Source: Paragordius varius (taxonomy: Eukaryota; Animalia; Nematomorpha). Taken from it: 64,000 bases of DNA. The notes beneath the pieces were generated by a model. It saw only the letters and a list, made by a program, of their open reading frames with translations. It ran no database searches and was not told the origin of the DNA. Shown here one piece after another: positions 1 to 13,276 of the stretch. The stretch's first letter is position 1; the number at the start of each line of letters is the position of its first letter. A program made the translations under genes and the position numbers. The DNA lies in NCBI GenBank assembly GCA_964247055.1, contig OZ176056.1, positions 806,001 to 870,000 of the forward strand, in the 5' to 3' direction.

Positions 1-1065
1 CGAAACATTCGAAAATCCGCTTTATCTATCGGTCGGCTATATGAAAAAATAAAAAAATAAATTTTTTTATACTTAAAATAATTTTAACAAAAATAAATGG
101 TTTTACGCTTAAATTTTTTATTTAAACAAATCTTTGTTTTAGCTTTAGAATCCATAAAAATAAGTGTTTTTTTCAAAAAAAACTTAAATATATAAAAAAA
201 TCCGCCTTTTCCCAAAACTCGAAACATTCGAAAATCCGTTTTATCGATCGGTCGGCTATATGTAAAAATAAAAAAATAATTTTAACAAAAATAATTTTAA
301 CAAAAAATAAATAGTTTAATATTTATTAAACATAAATCTTAGCTTTAGAATCCATAAAAATAAGTTTTTTTATAAAAAAATTACTTAAATGGTTAAAAAA
401 ATCTTTTTATTTCCCAAAACTCGAAACATTCGAAAATCCGCTTTATCTATCGGTCGGCTATATGAAAAAATATTTTTATTTAAAATAATTTTAACAAAAA
501 TAATGGTTTTACGCTTAAATTATTTTATTTAAACACATAAATTTTAGCTAAGAATCCATAAAAATAAGTTTTACAATAAAACCTTAAATAATTAAAAAAA
601 TCCGCCTTTTCCCAAAACTCGAAACATTCGGAAATCTGCTTTATCGATCGGTCGGCTATATGTAAAAAAATAAAAAAAAAATTTTTTTATACTTAAAATA
701 ATTTTAACAAAAATAAATGGTTTTGCCTTTTTTTTAACATAATCTTAGCTTTAGAATCCATAAAAAAAAGTTTTTTTCAAAAAAAACCTTAAATAATTAA
801 AAAAAATATTTTTCCCAAAACTCGAAACATTCAAAAATCCGCTTTATCTATCGATCGGCTATATGAAAAAATAAAAAAATAATTTTTTTTACTTAAAACA
901 ATTTTAACAGAAATAAATGGTTTTACGCTTAAATTTTTTATTTAAACACATAAATCTTAGCTAAGAATCCATAAAAATAAGTTTTACAATAAAACCTAAA
1001 ATGGTTACAAAAAATATTTTTTTCCCAAAACTTGAAACATTCGGACGCTTTATCTATCGGTCGGT
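1..1065. repeat. Tandem repeat, ~200-220 bp unit, about 5 copies, intronic in the GRK gene
   Basis: Core cgaaacattcgaaaatccgctttatctatcggtcggctatatg recurs at 1, 220, 422, 620, 823 and 1033 (spacings 219, 202, 198, 203, 210). A degenerate copy lies near 1387. Confidence 0.95.
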
Positions 1066-1748
1066 TACATAAAAAATGCATTTTCATCGTAATGAAAATG
1101 TATGAAATATAAGATAAAATTGCTTAAATAATTTCTAAATGTATAATTAAAAATTTATTATATCTACATGAGTAGTTTATATTCATTTTACGGTATATTG
1201 TGAAATTCGAAACAACAAAGTTTTGTTAGTTAAAAAAAAATCTACGCTTAAATAATTTATTATAAATTAATATAAATTGGAACTAAAAAATCCTTAAAAA
1301 TATGATCAAAAGTTTAAAAACTAAGTTAATTCAAAATAAATTTTCTTAAATCAATTTTTTTTATGCTTAAATAATTTATAAAAGTATCGAAAATCTGTTT
1401 ATATCTATCGGTCGTCTATCTATATAAAATACATTTTATGGTAACAAAATGTTTAAAATTTGAAATAAAAAAAATAATTTTTTTAAAAGTCATAAAAAAA
1501 TAAATTAAAAGTAAAGACAAATATTTTTATTACCAGGCCCTGTTTTTAATCCATATTTTTATTCTCCGATATAAGTATAAAAAGATTACAATTGTAAAGT
1601 ATAAAATAAAGTCTATAAAACCAATTAACATTACTATTCTTTATTCCAAAATTCGTTCTAAATAAAAATCAAATACTGGGAACTGATTTTTATGCTAAGA
1701 AAATCTTAAACAATTTGTTTTAAACAAAAATAACTGAGATTGGAAGCC

Positions 1749-1801
<53 letters not shown>

Positions 1802-1873
1802 ATTTTAAATTACATCTAAAGCTATATTTCTTCAAAATTATAAATATTTAAAATGAATTTATCTATAATATAC

Positions 1874-4154
1874 CGCTCTAGGCCCTTAAATTGAAGGTAT
1901 CGATGGAAATATTTCGATTCAAGGAATATGTCATAGGCTTCACCCGAAAGGACTTGCAGAGCATAACTAAAAAATTGACAAATATTAGAAATTTAAATAA
2001 TGTTGAAAAAAACCCTGTAAAAATTAAAAAACTAATAATATTTAATAAAAAATTTTGTTTTTTAATTTCAATATTGGTTTTTCGATTTAATATAAATAAT
2101 TTTTGAATTCCGAAAAATAGTAATAATGTATTTTGGCTTATATATATGAATATTTGGTATTTTACTATATGTAAATTCAATTTTGATATTTTTATAAATA
2201 CATATATAAAAAGCGAACTGAAAAATTAAAATTATCAATATAAAAACCATTTATTATGTTAAAATATTACACATAAATATTGGGTAAAAACCACCATCCG
2301 AAATCAAAATATTATTGACTCAGTCGGTTCTTATTCCCTATTCATAGTTTACAGTATTTCAAAAATATTGAAAAAAAGAAAAATGAAATTTAAAAAATTA
2401 ATCTTAACTGTTTATACTATAAAAGAAGTATTTTTACTTATTTTTATCAACTATTATTAATCAATCAATCAAATCAAATTACTTGATTACTTAATTTTTC
2501 AAAAACCATTTAAAAAAATAAAAAAATATTAACTTTTCAGTTTCGTGTAGGATGGCATCCATGTCATGTAGTTTATGAATCCTGTGGATAAAATTTGTTG
2601 GATTATGTTCATCAATATTAAAATTATTCTTGGTATTATTTTCGTTAGAAATAAAATCATTTTTTTGTGGTTCGGGGGAATTCGCCCTTAAAGGTTCTGA
2701 TGCCCTTCGAAAAAGTTTAGTCAAATGTGGAAATGTATGGACAAATTTATCGGGCGATTGCAATAGCGTTTTGTTAAATGTGTCGAGTATATAATTTGCG
2801 CCCTATATATATATATATATATTTATATAAAAATAAAAAATATTTTTTGGTTGATTTGTATTGGATAATTTTTAGTTGATTATCTTGCTATTTGTTAACA
2901 TAATTAATTATTTGAAAATTTAAAAAAAATTAAAAATGGAGAATAAGTTTTATAAAATATGGAACTGACATTAAAATATATAGCATTCGCAATTCAAATT
3001 CACCCTTAAACCATTAAAGTTCACCCTTGAACAATTCAAATTCACACTAAAAATAAATTTCATTTTTAAAAATATAAAAAAATATAGGTTATTTTTAATC
3101 TCAAAAACACAAATATTTATTTAAGGGGAATTTGATTTCAAGGGTGAATTTAAAGTCTTATGGTTTATATGTTAATTGAATTAAAAATATTATATACGAT
3201 TAATATATATATATATATATATATATAAATTATCCAGTTTTTTTAATAATTGAAATTATACGTACAAAACGTAAAAATATAAAGACAAATATAATTCACT
3301 CTTATATAATTGTAATTAAATAATTGTATTTAGGAAAAAATTATTTTTTTAAAAAAGTATTGTTGTCTTTAGATGCCTTTTTAACGTTTTGTCTGTATGT
3401 ATAATAAAATTTTTACTGTAAATTAAATAAAAAATTATTTTATTTAAATTAAATTGTAAATAATATATTTACCTGTGGATTTAAATATTTTTGTAGGATT
3501 TCTTGACCAGTGCTAAGTTTATCCTCCATTTCTGCCATTACGTAATCTTTCTAAAAAAACCAAAACCAAAATAAACATTAAATTAATTAAATTTAAAAAA
3601 ATTACTTTAAATTTTTGAGCAAATGACATTTTATGTAAAATGTAAAAAATTAAATTTTTTAATGAAACATAAATGGCAATAAAAATATTTTTTAAAATCA
3701 ACTGCTATTAAATCAATAAATTTTATAATTAAAATTAAGAGGACTCTATCTATATATTTAAGCATCATTCCAACAATTTGATTCCTTTAAATTAACATTT
3801 TTTCACCTTAAAACCTTTATTGGCAAAAAAATGTTTAATCTATTTAAAAATTAACTATTAAATAGTTAATCTTCAAAAAAATTATTTTATTATGGATGAT
3901 TTAAAGAAAAAAACATACTTTGGCATTTAAAAAATGTATATATTTTGCATAAGGTGCTACAGTAGGGGGATTCGAATTTTTAACAGAGGGCGGTGGCAGT
4001 TTTTCGAAGACTTCATCAGAGCTTTGAGTTTTTGTTGAGATTTTTCGATTCTCAGAAGTTACTTGAGGCGAAGATTGTTGATATTCCTGACAGAATTGTT
4101 GAAATAGTTTTTTGCCTATCGGTTGCTCCAGATATATGTAATTGAAGGAAAGTG

Positions 4155-4191
<37 letters not shown>

Positions 4192-6798
4192 CATTTCAAA
4201 TTCACTCTTGAACAATTCAAATTCACCCCTAAATAATTCTAATTCACCCTAAAATAAATTATGCGTTTTCGAAATAATTATATAACTCATTATTATAAAT
4301 ATTAAATATATTTTTATGGCATAGTTAATTATTTTTTCAACATTATATTAATTTTAAACAGAATTTCTTATTTTAAAAATATTATGACATAAAGGTAATT
4401 TTTAATCTTAAAAAACACCTAATTTATAGGATGACTTTGAATTGTTCGAGAGTAAATTTGAATTGTTCATGGGTGAATTTAAACTTGGTATTATAAAATT
4501 ATAAATATATGTATAATTTTTAGTTAATTTTGTGATAAATTATACAATAAAAATTTAAAATTATACAGACAAATATTTTTTCAAAAGACAACCCCATAGG
4601 TTTTTTAAACTCCAATTTTTCCCATATAAACCACCTTATTTAATTACAATTGAAGAATATATAATTGGTCTTATCAATATCTATTTCATACTTTGTATTT
4701 AAAACTTACAATGAGTTATATAAAAAAATCAAGTTAACAAAGTAATGTAGTCTTTTGAAAAAAAAACTTTTGTATTTATATTTTTACGTTTAGTTGATCT
4801 AAGGGGACAAAACATAAAAAGGAAAATATTTTTTAGATATAAAACACCATATTATTTATTGAAAATTAATTTTTTTCATAAATAACTCATCATTTTTAGA
4901 TGCCAAATAAGGAATAAGGAATAAAAAATAGACATGTATATTGGTAACACTTTTAATCATCTAACAAACTATTGTAATTTTGTATGATTTATACAAATAA
5001 ACATAGTTTTAAAAAAATGGTTTTCGTATTGAAATTAATATTGGTCCCTAAGGTTTTTACCTTTCACCCTTAAAATTTCAATAAATAAAGGATTAAACTG
5101 TATTGGGTATTGATTTTATAATATAAAAAAAAATTGAACTTTTTACGAAATTTACACGGAATAGGGATTAAAAAATTAAAAATCTCTAAATTTTGAAAAC
5201 ACTAGAAAAAAACTGGTGGATATAAACCCAAAAAATATTTTTTAGCCCTAAATTATAAAAAAACTGGTCCAACAAACTTTTAAGGTCGTTATAATACTTC
5301 ATAGTTTTACAAAGTCAATATTTAAACAAGCGCATATTAATTTCACATAACAAGTGTGTAATTAATTATGTAACCCAATTATTTATATGGGTTTCACCTT
5401 ATTTTTTGATATACATATAGGGGAAAAAACCACAAAATTTAAACCATTTCAATACTATATAGAGGTCAACCTCATTCAAGTATTGACTATGGACTAAATG
5501 ATTTGAATGACACACCTTATATTTCAAAAAGACTAATATAAATTATGATTTTTTTTTGAAATAAACATTTTTTAAAAAAAAATGTATATTCAGTAAAAAG
5601 AGAAATTATACGGACAAAACGTAAAAATATAAAGACAAATATTTTTTCTAAAATACAGTCACACTATTTAAATTATGATTTTTTTCCAATATAATTCATT
5701 GTTTAAAATGGCAACTAACACAATCAATTCTTTATTTTACAATCTAAATAGCTTATATAATCAAAGATTAAGGTTTTAGAAAGTATGGTTGTCTTTTAAA
5801 TAAAAATATTTGTCTTTATATTTTTACGTTTTGTCCGTAGTATAATTTCATTTTTTACTGTAATTTGTAAAAATAAAATCTTTAATATATAATCCAAATT
5901 TACCTACAAAAGGTAGGTAGGTAGGTAGATTTTAACATAACAAAAGAATATATGGAGAAAAATAAAATCCAATTTACTTAATTAATGATTAGATATATAA
6001 TAAATATATACAGAGAGATTTCTCAATACAAAGCACATAAAGCAAGCAAAATCTTTAATTGAATAATCAATATTATATTTTTTAGGTTTTTTTATAAAGA
6101 AAGGAGAAATTGGGCTAAAAATGTATTTATAATTAATTGTGAATGACAAATATAATGTCGGGACACATCCAAAAAAATATACTTAAAAAGTCCTTAGATG
6201 TGGGAAAAAATCGTTTTTAACACCAATTTGCTAAAATAAAACCTTTGCTAAATTATATAATTTTAAGCTTATATCTATTATTGAAAGCTTTTAAGACCAT
6301 GTCAAAATATTATAATAACCAAATATTTAACAATAAATATTTGATCAATTTTTATAAAAAAATGATATAAATAATTTTATTCACTCAGGTAGCCAAATTA
6401 TAAATTTTCCATGTTTAATAACACATTTTTTCAAAACAATTTGGTACAAAACTAGAAATATATATATGGAATTTGTTTAGGTGGTGATTTTAGATGTTTA
6501 ATATGGTATATATAAAATTTTAGATTATTAACACAAACAATCAAAATAAAGCCTTAAAAAATCTGGCTTACGTAATTCGTTTTTTAAATGCAAGACATCG
6601 ACTACATGAGGCAAGGCTAACATTTCTCGCCATTTCTTACTCCGGCTCCCGGATTTCGTCATCTCACCTAATTTTATAGATGAAAACATGGATTATAAAA
6701 AGTAAAATAATAAAAAAACGTTTTTGTAAAAAAAATAAAATTGTACTTTCACGAGCCTTAAGGTAAATGGTATTGGCAACAATATTTTCTAGTTCCAT
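1874..6798 (-). CDS. G protein-coupled receptor kinase, GRK4/5/6 subfamily; 5' part (N-terminal helix and RH domain), continues off the left end
   Basis: Exons 6798-6747 (MELENIVANTIYLKARE), 6667-6572 (SRSKKWREMLALPHV), 4154-3919 (YLEQPIGKKLFQQFC...YIHFLNA), 3550-3473 (KDYVMAEMEDKLSTGQEILQKYLNPQ), 2802-2534 and 1966-1874 (LSGEAYDIFLESKYFHRYLQFKGLER). All introns are GT-AG with consistent phases. MELENIVAN and QPIG..LF.QFC are GRK4/5/6 hallmarks. Confidence 0.95.
5591..5860. mobile_element. MITE family 2 (CAGT termini, TA flanks; Tc1/mariner-like), representative copy
   Basis: Long imperfect TIRs cagtaaaa..gaaattatacggacaaaacgtaaaaatataaagacaaat / reverse complement. Other copies at ~3247-3420, 9975-10222, ~51947-52320, ~53095-53360, 54986-55259, ~56868-57110 and ~61940-62210, plus many half copies. 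Confidence 0.85.
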
Positions 6799-7469
6799 AA
6801 ATTTAAATTTGAATTTCCAGATGTATGTGTGGCAACATGGAATATTTGATGTTTTATAAAAAAAATAACTTTTTTATCATCAAAAATTAAATGCTTATGG
6901 TTTAATTATGGGATAAGGAAGTTTAACCAAGATTTAACTTATAATTACTTTATATTTAGCTATACAGAAAAAATCACTTTGCTAAAAATACTTATCAAGC
7001 TTTTGTGCAGGTGGATTTTATTATCAGGAATCAAAAAAATATTCACAATTATGTGTCAATCAAGTTATTAAAATTACAGAATTTGCTCGGATTTTAATCT
7101 GAGATAAATGATACTTTATTTCAAAAAATATAATTAAAACTATCAAATTTGAATTACAATATTTTATATTATTATTTTACTGTTGTTGTGGTCCTGAAAC
7201 TCTTTAAATTTTAACCTCACTAAAATGTGCGTATTTTTTAATATAATCGCAAAAATTCCGATATTTACGGTAAAAACTTTGCTATATGCCAGATTATGAA
7301 TTTAATATTTAGATTTGGCAAAATATCTTAGAAGCGTAATTCATACTACCTTGAGGTATAAACTTTTCTATCAATTGAGAATACTAAATTAACACTTCAG
7401 AATGAGTCATTTTATACATCAGGGCCATTTAAAATTTAATTATTTTAAAATATATATAAATTTTAATAT

Positions 7470-7840
7470 TATGATTCCTTTAGCCTTTTAGGCGGATAGA
7501 AAAAAATTTTTTAATTAAAAAACCATTATCTCAAATTTTTCGATAGCCATTTTTAAATTTTTTAATCCTGAATAACGGGCAAACAATGTTTATTACGGCT
7601 AAAAATATATATTAACTTTGGAAAAATTGAAAATCCGTATAATTTATATACATTTTTTATATCAGCTGTTTGTTTCAATCGTGTTTTGGGGGTCATTACA
7701 TTTGTGACTCTAAAAATCAGATTGTGAAACTTAGTTTTTTTAATTTGGAAGGAAGGGGTTTATTAATTTTTGACCAAAACAACTTTCAAAAAAAACTACC
7801 CCAATGTGTAAAGTAAGACAAAAGCTGAAAGGTCATGAAG
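7470..7840. repeat. Dispersed repeat, second copy at ~17455-17895
   Basis: Shared blocks ctttagccttttaggc, atctcaaattttt, gctgtttgtttcaatc and gaaa(a)ggtcat occur in the same order at both loci. Confidence 0.7.
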
Positions 7841-7849
7841 TAAATATAA

Positions 7850-8640
7850 TTTGGTGAAAGCTAAATGCAAAAGGTTATCATTCCAGGTGTAATTAATAAT
7901 AAATTTATTTCTTTCGACACTGGTGCTCAAGTCGGTTTGATAAACAAAGCCATGTTAGATTATTTAGCACTTTAAACTATGTACTCTTAGATATTAGATT
8001 ATAGTAATAACGAAATTGATATCTTGGGAGTTAGGCAACTCGCAATAACTGTCAAATATGTAACCAAAACCTTGGAAGCATGGATAACAGCCGACACTAA
8101 TGCCTGTTCTTTGTTTGGTTTACCGTGAATTGTTTCTTTTACTATGGTACTTCCAGAACAGGTGCGAATCAACAAAGTCGTTAAACAACCATCAGTTGAC
8201 CTGAAGATATTCGATCAATACCCTTCCTTGTTTTATTCCCTTTAAACCGATTAATGTCCAACCGGTAAAGCTGGAAATGGATCTTTTGGCGTCACCGAAA
8301 CGATTCCCAGATGAGTACCCATTCCACTCTTGGGATACTGTGGCAAAGGTGTTCGAGCCTTTATCACTGAGTCATCCGCAAAATCAACCTTTCGACTGAA
8401 TACACCGCTTGGTCTACATTAGTGGTTTATGTGCAGAAAAGGACGGATAAGTCCGTGTTTATTCTATACTATACCATCAATAGATATGATGATTAAGATC
8501 GGTGGAGGTCAGTTCTCAGTGGCAAATCTTCAAGAAGATTATCTCCAATTACCTGTCGACGAAAACATCGGCCGTTTGCTAACGATTGCTGCGCACATTG
8601 GAAATCTACACACATTATCTTTTGATTTATTGACAGCACT
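7850..8640 (+). pseudogene. Degraded Ty3/Gypsy pol fragment (aspartic protease and start of reverse transcriptase)
   Basis: FDTGAQV protease motif at ~7915; KDG*VRV at ~8437; YTIPSIDMMIKIGGGQFSVANLQEDYLQLPVDE resembles Gypsy RT YPIP.ID......G...FS..DL..AY.Q..LDE. Stops and frameshifts throughout; no LTRs seen. Confidence 0.85.
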
Positions 8641-10297
8641 GGCAATTTTTCTAAATCTTGAAAAATATACCGATAACAGCAGTAACTTCGATTCAAATTT
8701 GGGGTATCTATTGATTTCAGATATTTTAAGTTTATACTAAAAAACTTAAGGCGGTTACAATTTATATATACTTCTCTATATAAATAAGCCAAAATATTTA
8801 ATATGATTTAGTTTTGAAAAATAAGTTCCGTATCAAACTAGTTGCCATTTTTATTTTACAACATTTTTGCCGTCCTTATTAGATTTTAAGTTAAAAATAA
8901 TTTTTTATTCAACACATGTAACATTGATAGAAATAGAAAAAGTGGTTTATTTTATTTTTAAAGCACACTTGACTAATTTTTTGGGTTTTATACCTTAAAC
9001 AATGTATTGTGAAGAATTTGTAAATGATTTATTTTTATATTTTGGTTTATTAATATTTATAAGTGCAAACTCTTGTCATGATTTCAATTAATTCCATATT
9101 TTTTGTTGTATTCAATTTTAAACAGGCCTGGGGTTTCCAAAGACCCCAAAAATCTAAGAATTGAAATGAATGTGTTCAAATGTAAGCAATAAGAAACAGA
9201 GTAAATTGCCAATACAGTGAACATATTTTTACAATTAGAATTGAATAATATATAAGAGAAACATTATATTTTAAAAACGTATGGTGTATCTGTAAAATTT
9301 TAATTTTTTGCGCTAAGTATGTAGAAAATGCATTTTCGTTAATTTTTTAGTCCCTTATATGCTTGGAAACATACCCAAATCCTGCCAAATAATAAAACAT
9401 TCGATATTTTGAATTCCATTTTTAGTAATTAACTATTCAGGATTAAGAAAATATTTTGAATTACAATATAAAGAATTTACTTTTTAACCTATTTATTTTA
9501 GATTACTATCTATAGATGTTATGCTTAATCGTTTTTGGCATCTAGAATTCTATAGTTTATAAGTGCCCTTGGTTAACTGATTTAAAACAGCGCCCGAAAT
9601 GAAGCTAATAGCTCCAATTACCAATTTTTGTAATACATTAAAATTTTTGGCCCTTTAATCGATAAAGAAATCTAATAGGATTAAAAATATTCACATCTCT
9701 AAGAGGGGTTTTTAGTGAACAAATGACCTAAGATAAAGTTAAAAATTGAGAAGCGGTATAAATGTTCCTAAATATTGGAATGAAGGCATATTTATTTATA
9801 CATTTAACTATTCTTGTTAGAGGATATATATGACAGCGTCTAAATCAATCCGTTAGATTGATTAATATATATTTATATATATATATATATATATATTATT
9901 AAAATTCATTAAATTTAAAATATTTGCATGATAAAACTATTAAATTAAAATTAAATTTTGATGGAGATAAAATACAGTAAAAATTAAAATTATACAGAAC
10001 AGTAGTATAAACACAAATATTTTTTTTAAGACAACCAACTTTTTTTATAATTACATAAATTTAAAATTGTAAAATTGCAATTGATTTCAATAAATATTTA
10101 TCTTTAACATATTTAGCAATTTAAAATAACAAGTTGTTAAATAAGAACGGCGGCCTTTTGGAAAAAAAACCATTTGTATTTATATTTTTACATTTTGGTC
10201 TGTATAATAATAATGTTTACTGTATGTAACAAAGTCACATTGATAATTTTTATGGGGCATTTTTTTAAACAAAATTATTTAAAAAAAACAAAAATTA

Positions 10298-10531
10298 TTA
10301 GATAATTAATAGCTCTCCCCCATCCCCGTGATGATGGTGTCTATGACGATGGTGATGGTGATGATGTTCACGTCTTTTCTCACGAATTAACTTTAAGGCA
10401 GATGAGCTTAGATCTACAGATTCAGGATATTCCAGGTACTTATCTAAGCTTTCTACATTTTGAGCTGACACTCCATTGTTCCTGGCCGGGGCTAATATGG
10501 CGAAGAGCAAGACACTTGCAAGAGAAACCAG
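10298..10531 (-). CDS. His-rich secreted prepropeptide, paralog B (main coding exon; first coding exon not resolved)
   Basis: Acceptor tttttag, then LVSLASVLLFAILAPARNNGVSAQNVESLDKYLEYPESVDLSSSALKLIREKR-REHHHHHHRHRHHHHGDGGELLII*. Close paralog of the exon at 12053-12301. Confidence 0.8.
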   Translation of the reverse strand: MVSLASVLLFAILAPARNNGVSAQNVESLDKYLEYPESVDLSSSALKLIREKRREHHHHHHRHRHHHHGDGGELLII

Positions 10532-11293
10532 CTAAAAATATGCATGGCAAAGTTAAAAATGTTTATAAAAATTTTGTAAAACAGTACCGGATCTTTTATG
10601 CTATAGAGATATAATAAAAAAGTGGATGTATTTACATGATCGTTACGAAGTATGATTTTTCCTTTTTATTAGTTGCATTTTTGAAAATTTTGAAAAATTC
10701 AGTGTCTAATTTGACCAATAAAATAAAACTCATACATAGCGACTGACACATGTGAATTGACTACCTTTTAGCCATTAGAAATACAGATAAGGCCTATAAA
10801 TAGTGCTTGGGTTTATCTTATACTTTCCAAGTTTTATAATTTGAGCATATTCCTACAAGTTCCTAGAATCTATACAGGCTCTGAATATAATGTAGGCATC
10901 TCAATTGGGTCTGATAAGCTTATATCCACTATAATATTCAATATTATAATCTCTTGAAAAGCTAATCTTTAAAAAATAAAATATGCTTATCTATCGTCAA
11001 ATGATATGACTTATCATTTATAAATAAATTTATACCTTTAGGCAAAACCATTTTTTATTTCATTTGGGTAAAAAATAAGTTGATTTTTATACTAATTCAA
11101 AAATGTATAGAAACCCAAAAGGAATATATTTATCTATAAGAATTGGCATACCAAGAGAGTTTTCATAGATTTACCCAACATTGTTATTTCTATGAATATT
11201 ACGGAATATAATTGATTGAAGATGATGTAAAAAAACAAATTTATGCCGTTTTTAAATTTGATCAAACTTTTTATTATATTTTAATTTAAGCGA

Positions 11294-11311
11294 GTCATTT
11301 GCTAAGTCATT
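11294..11311 (-). promoter_or_regulatory. Candidate ARE/CNC-sMaf site upstream of peptide gene B
   Basis: gtcatttgctaagtcatt reads ATGACTTAGCA on the - strand and fits RTGACnnnGCA. An identical 18-mer lies upstream of paralog A. Confidence 0.45.
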
Positions 11312-12052
11312 CTCATCATAATTGATCATCTTAAATAATTATTAACGTTTAAATAAGCGTTATTTTCCAATGTCAGGGTGGCCGTTAACCTACGGCTAAT
11401 TAACTTATATTCGTATACGGGATTATATATAATATATATTAGAATAATAAAGTAAATATTGTTTATAAGATTATAAGTATCCATTTTTTTAATATAATTT
11501 TAAACGACAATAGTTACAGAAAGTTTTACTATATTTGATATTTTTATTTTGAATGCATATTTATATAGATTGAGGGATCCATTTAAATTTAGTTGCCTAG
11601 TAGTATGGTTTTAATTGCATATTTTTGTTAACGTTTTTGCTTTGATGCCAGTATTTTACCTATTGATAAAAAGTTAATTTTTAATAAATGTCTCAAATTT
11701 ACAAATAAACTATTTACGCTGGGAAAAATCTTTAAATCATTCCTAACCTGTTTCAGTACAAAAATTGTCGCTCTATAACACCCAACAAAACACCGTTTAG
11801 TTTAACATTGGAAAAAACACTAAAAATCTTTGAAATATACGATATAGGAATGAAGGCAATTTATTTTATCCCATATATATATTAAGTGATATATAATTTA
11901 AAGAGCATATGGATCAATATAAGTTTTTATCAATATTTTTAAAATTTAGATGAATCCTTAAATTAAAATGAGATTAGTTTAAATGATTTTGGAAATGTGT
12001 GTAAGTTTCTTGCAATTTAGCGGTATTAAATCATTTATATTGTTGAAAAGAT

Positions 12053-12499
12053 TTATAAAATTAAAAGTTCATCTCCTCCCCCATGATGATGATGGCGATG
12101 ATGATGCCTATTGTGGTGATGATGGTGATGATGATAACGTCTTTTCTCTCGAATTAAATTAGCTGCAGAGCCTCTTTGATCCAGAGATTCAGGATACTCC
12201 AAGGAATTATCTAAGTTTGCCACGTTTTGAGCTGACACTCCATTGTTCCCGGGACCCGGGGCTAGAATGGCAAAAAGTAAGGCACTTGCAAGTGAAACCA
12301 ACTATTTAGAAACACACATATATATATACAGTAAAAGCATAAAATGAATGGTGAAAACTAAAAATGTTTATATAAAAATTGCGATAGGAAACGCAGACGT
12401 GGTGTATGAGTATTTTTACAATGCGATTAATTATCGTCAGATAATATATGCAGTAAAGGGCAATACAATTAGCCTATAGTTATTTTTTTCGCTTTTCAT
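12053..12499 (-). CDS. His-rich secreted prepropeptide, paralog A
   Basis: Exon 12499-12467 (MKSEKNNYRLI, donor gtattg), phase-0 intron, exon 12301-12053 (LVSLASALLFAILAPGPGNNGVSAQ...LEYPES...IREKR-RYHHHHHHHNRHHHRHHHHGGGDELLIL*). Confidence 0.85.
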
Positions 12500-13276
12500 T
12501 GCTATTAGACAAGAGTATTTTTTATGCATATGCTATCTGACAGTATTTACGAAAAAGCTAAAAATTTATTTTATCTTATACTTTACATATGGTTAAAAAT
12601 AAAAAGAAAAATGTTTATAACAAAAGGTTATTTAATGTAATCAAAGGCGCGCAGATTAGGAAATATATTTTTGAAATTGTTTATTCTTAGTTTCTAACCA
12701 ATAAAAAACTTTGCTCAAAGCTGTCATACCGAATAGTAAATTAAAAATGAAATATTTTATATTTTAAGATTATTTATATCGAATAGTGTTACGATTGAGA
12801 AATTATTAGCCTTGGGCAGCAAAAGCCAAAATAATATTTTTCAATCAGCATTATTAGTTAAAAAAATTAAGATTTAAAATTATAGTTGCATAAAATCGAA
12901 GTTTTATAAAAAAATATAAAATATAAATTTAAATTTTAAAATTAACCATATTCATAAATTCTTAATATTATCCTGATAGCTCATAATGACCAAGTCGGAT
13001 AAATATGAACCAGATTTAAAATGTCTGTATTTACAGTCTATATAAAAAAATTAATTAAAGGTAAAAAAAAATTTATCCTAACAAATAGAGAGTAGAGTAT
13101 TAAAATAGATTGTAATGTTACAAATTTGGTATACCAAGATATTTCTGACAGATTTACCCAACATTTTCGGTGTGCGGAATATAATTAGAAATTTGTAAAA
13201 ATAATTGTGAATAAAAACAAATTTTTTAAGGCTTTTATATTCCAATCAGCTTTTATTTCAAAATCAATTTGTCTTT

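Noticed and set aside
10532-10760. First coding exon of peptide paralog B
   Set aside because: Candidates (MSFILL with a weak gtcaaa donor; MQLIKRKNHTS plus a 13-nt exon) are speculative, and the region homologous to A's first exon has ATA in place of ATG. Left unresolved; B may be a pseudogene.
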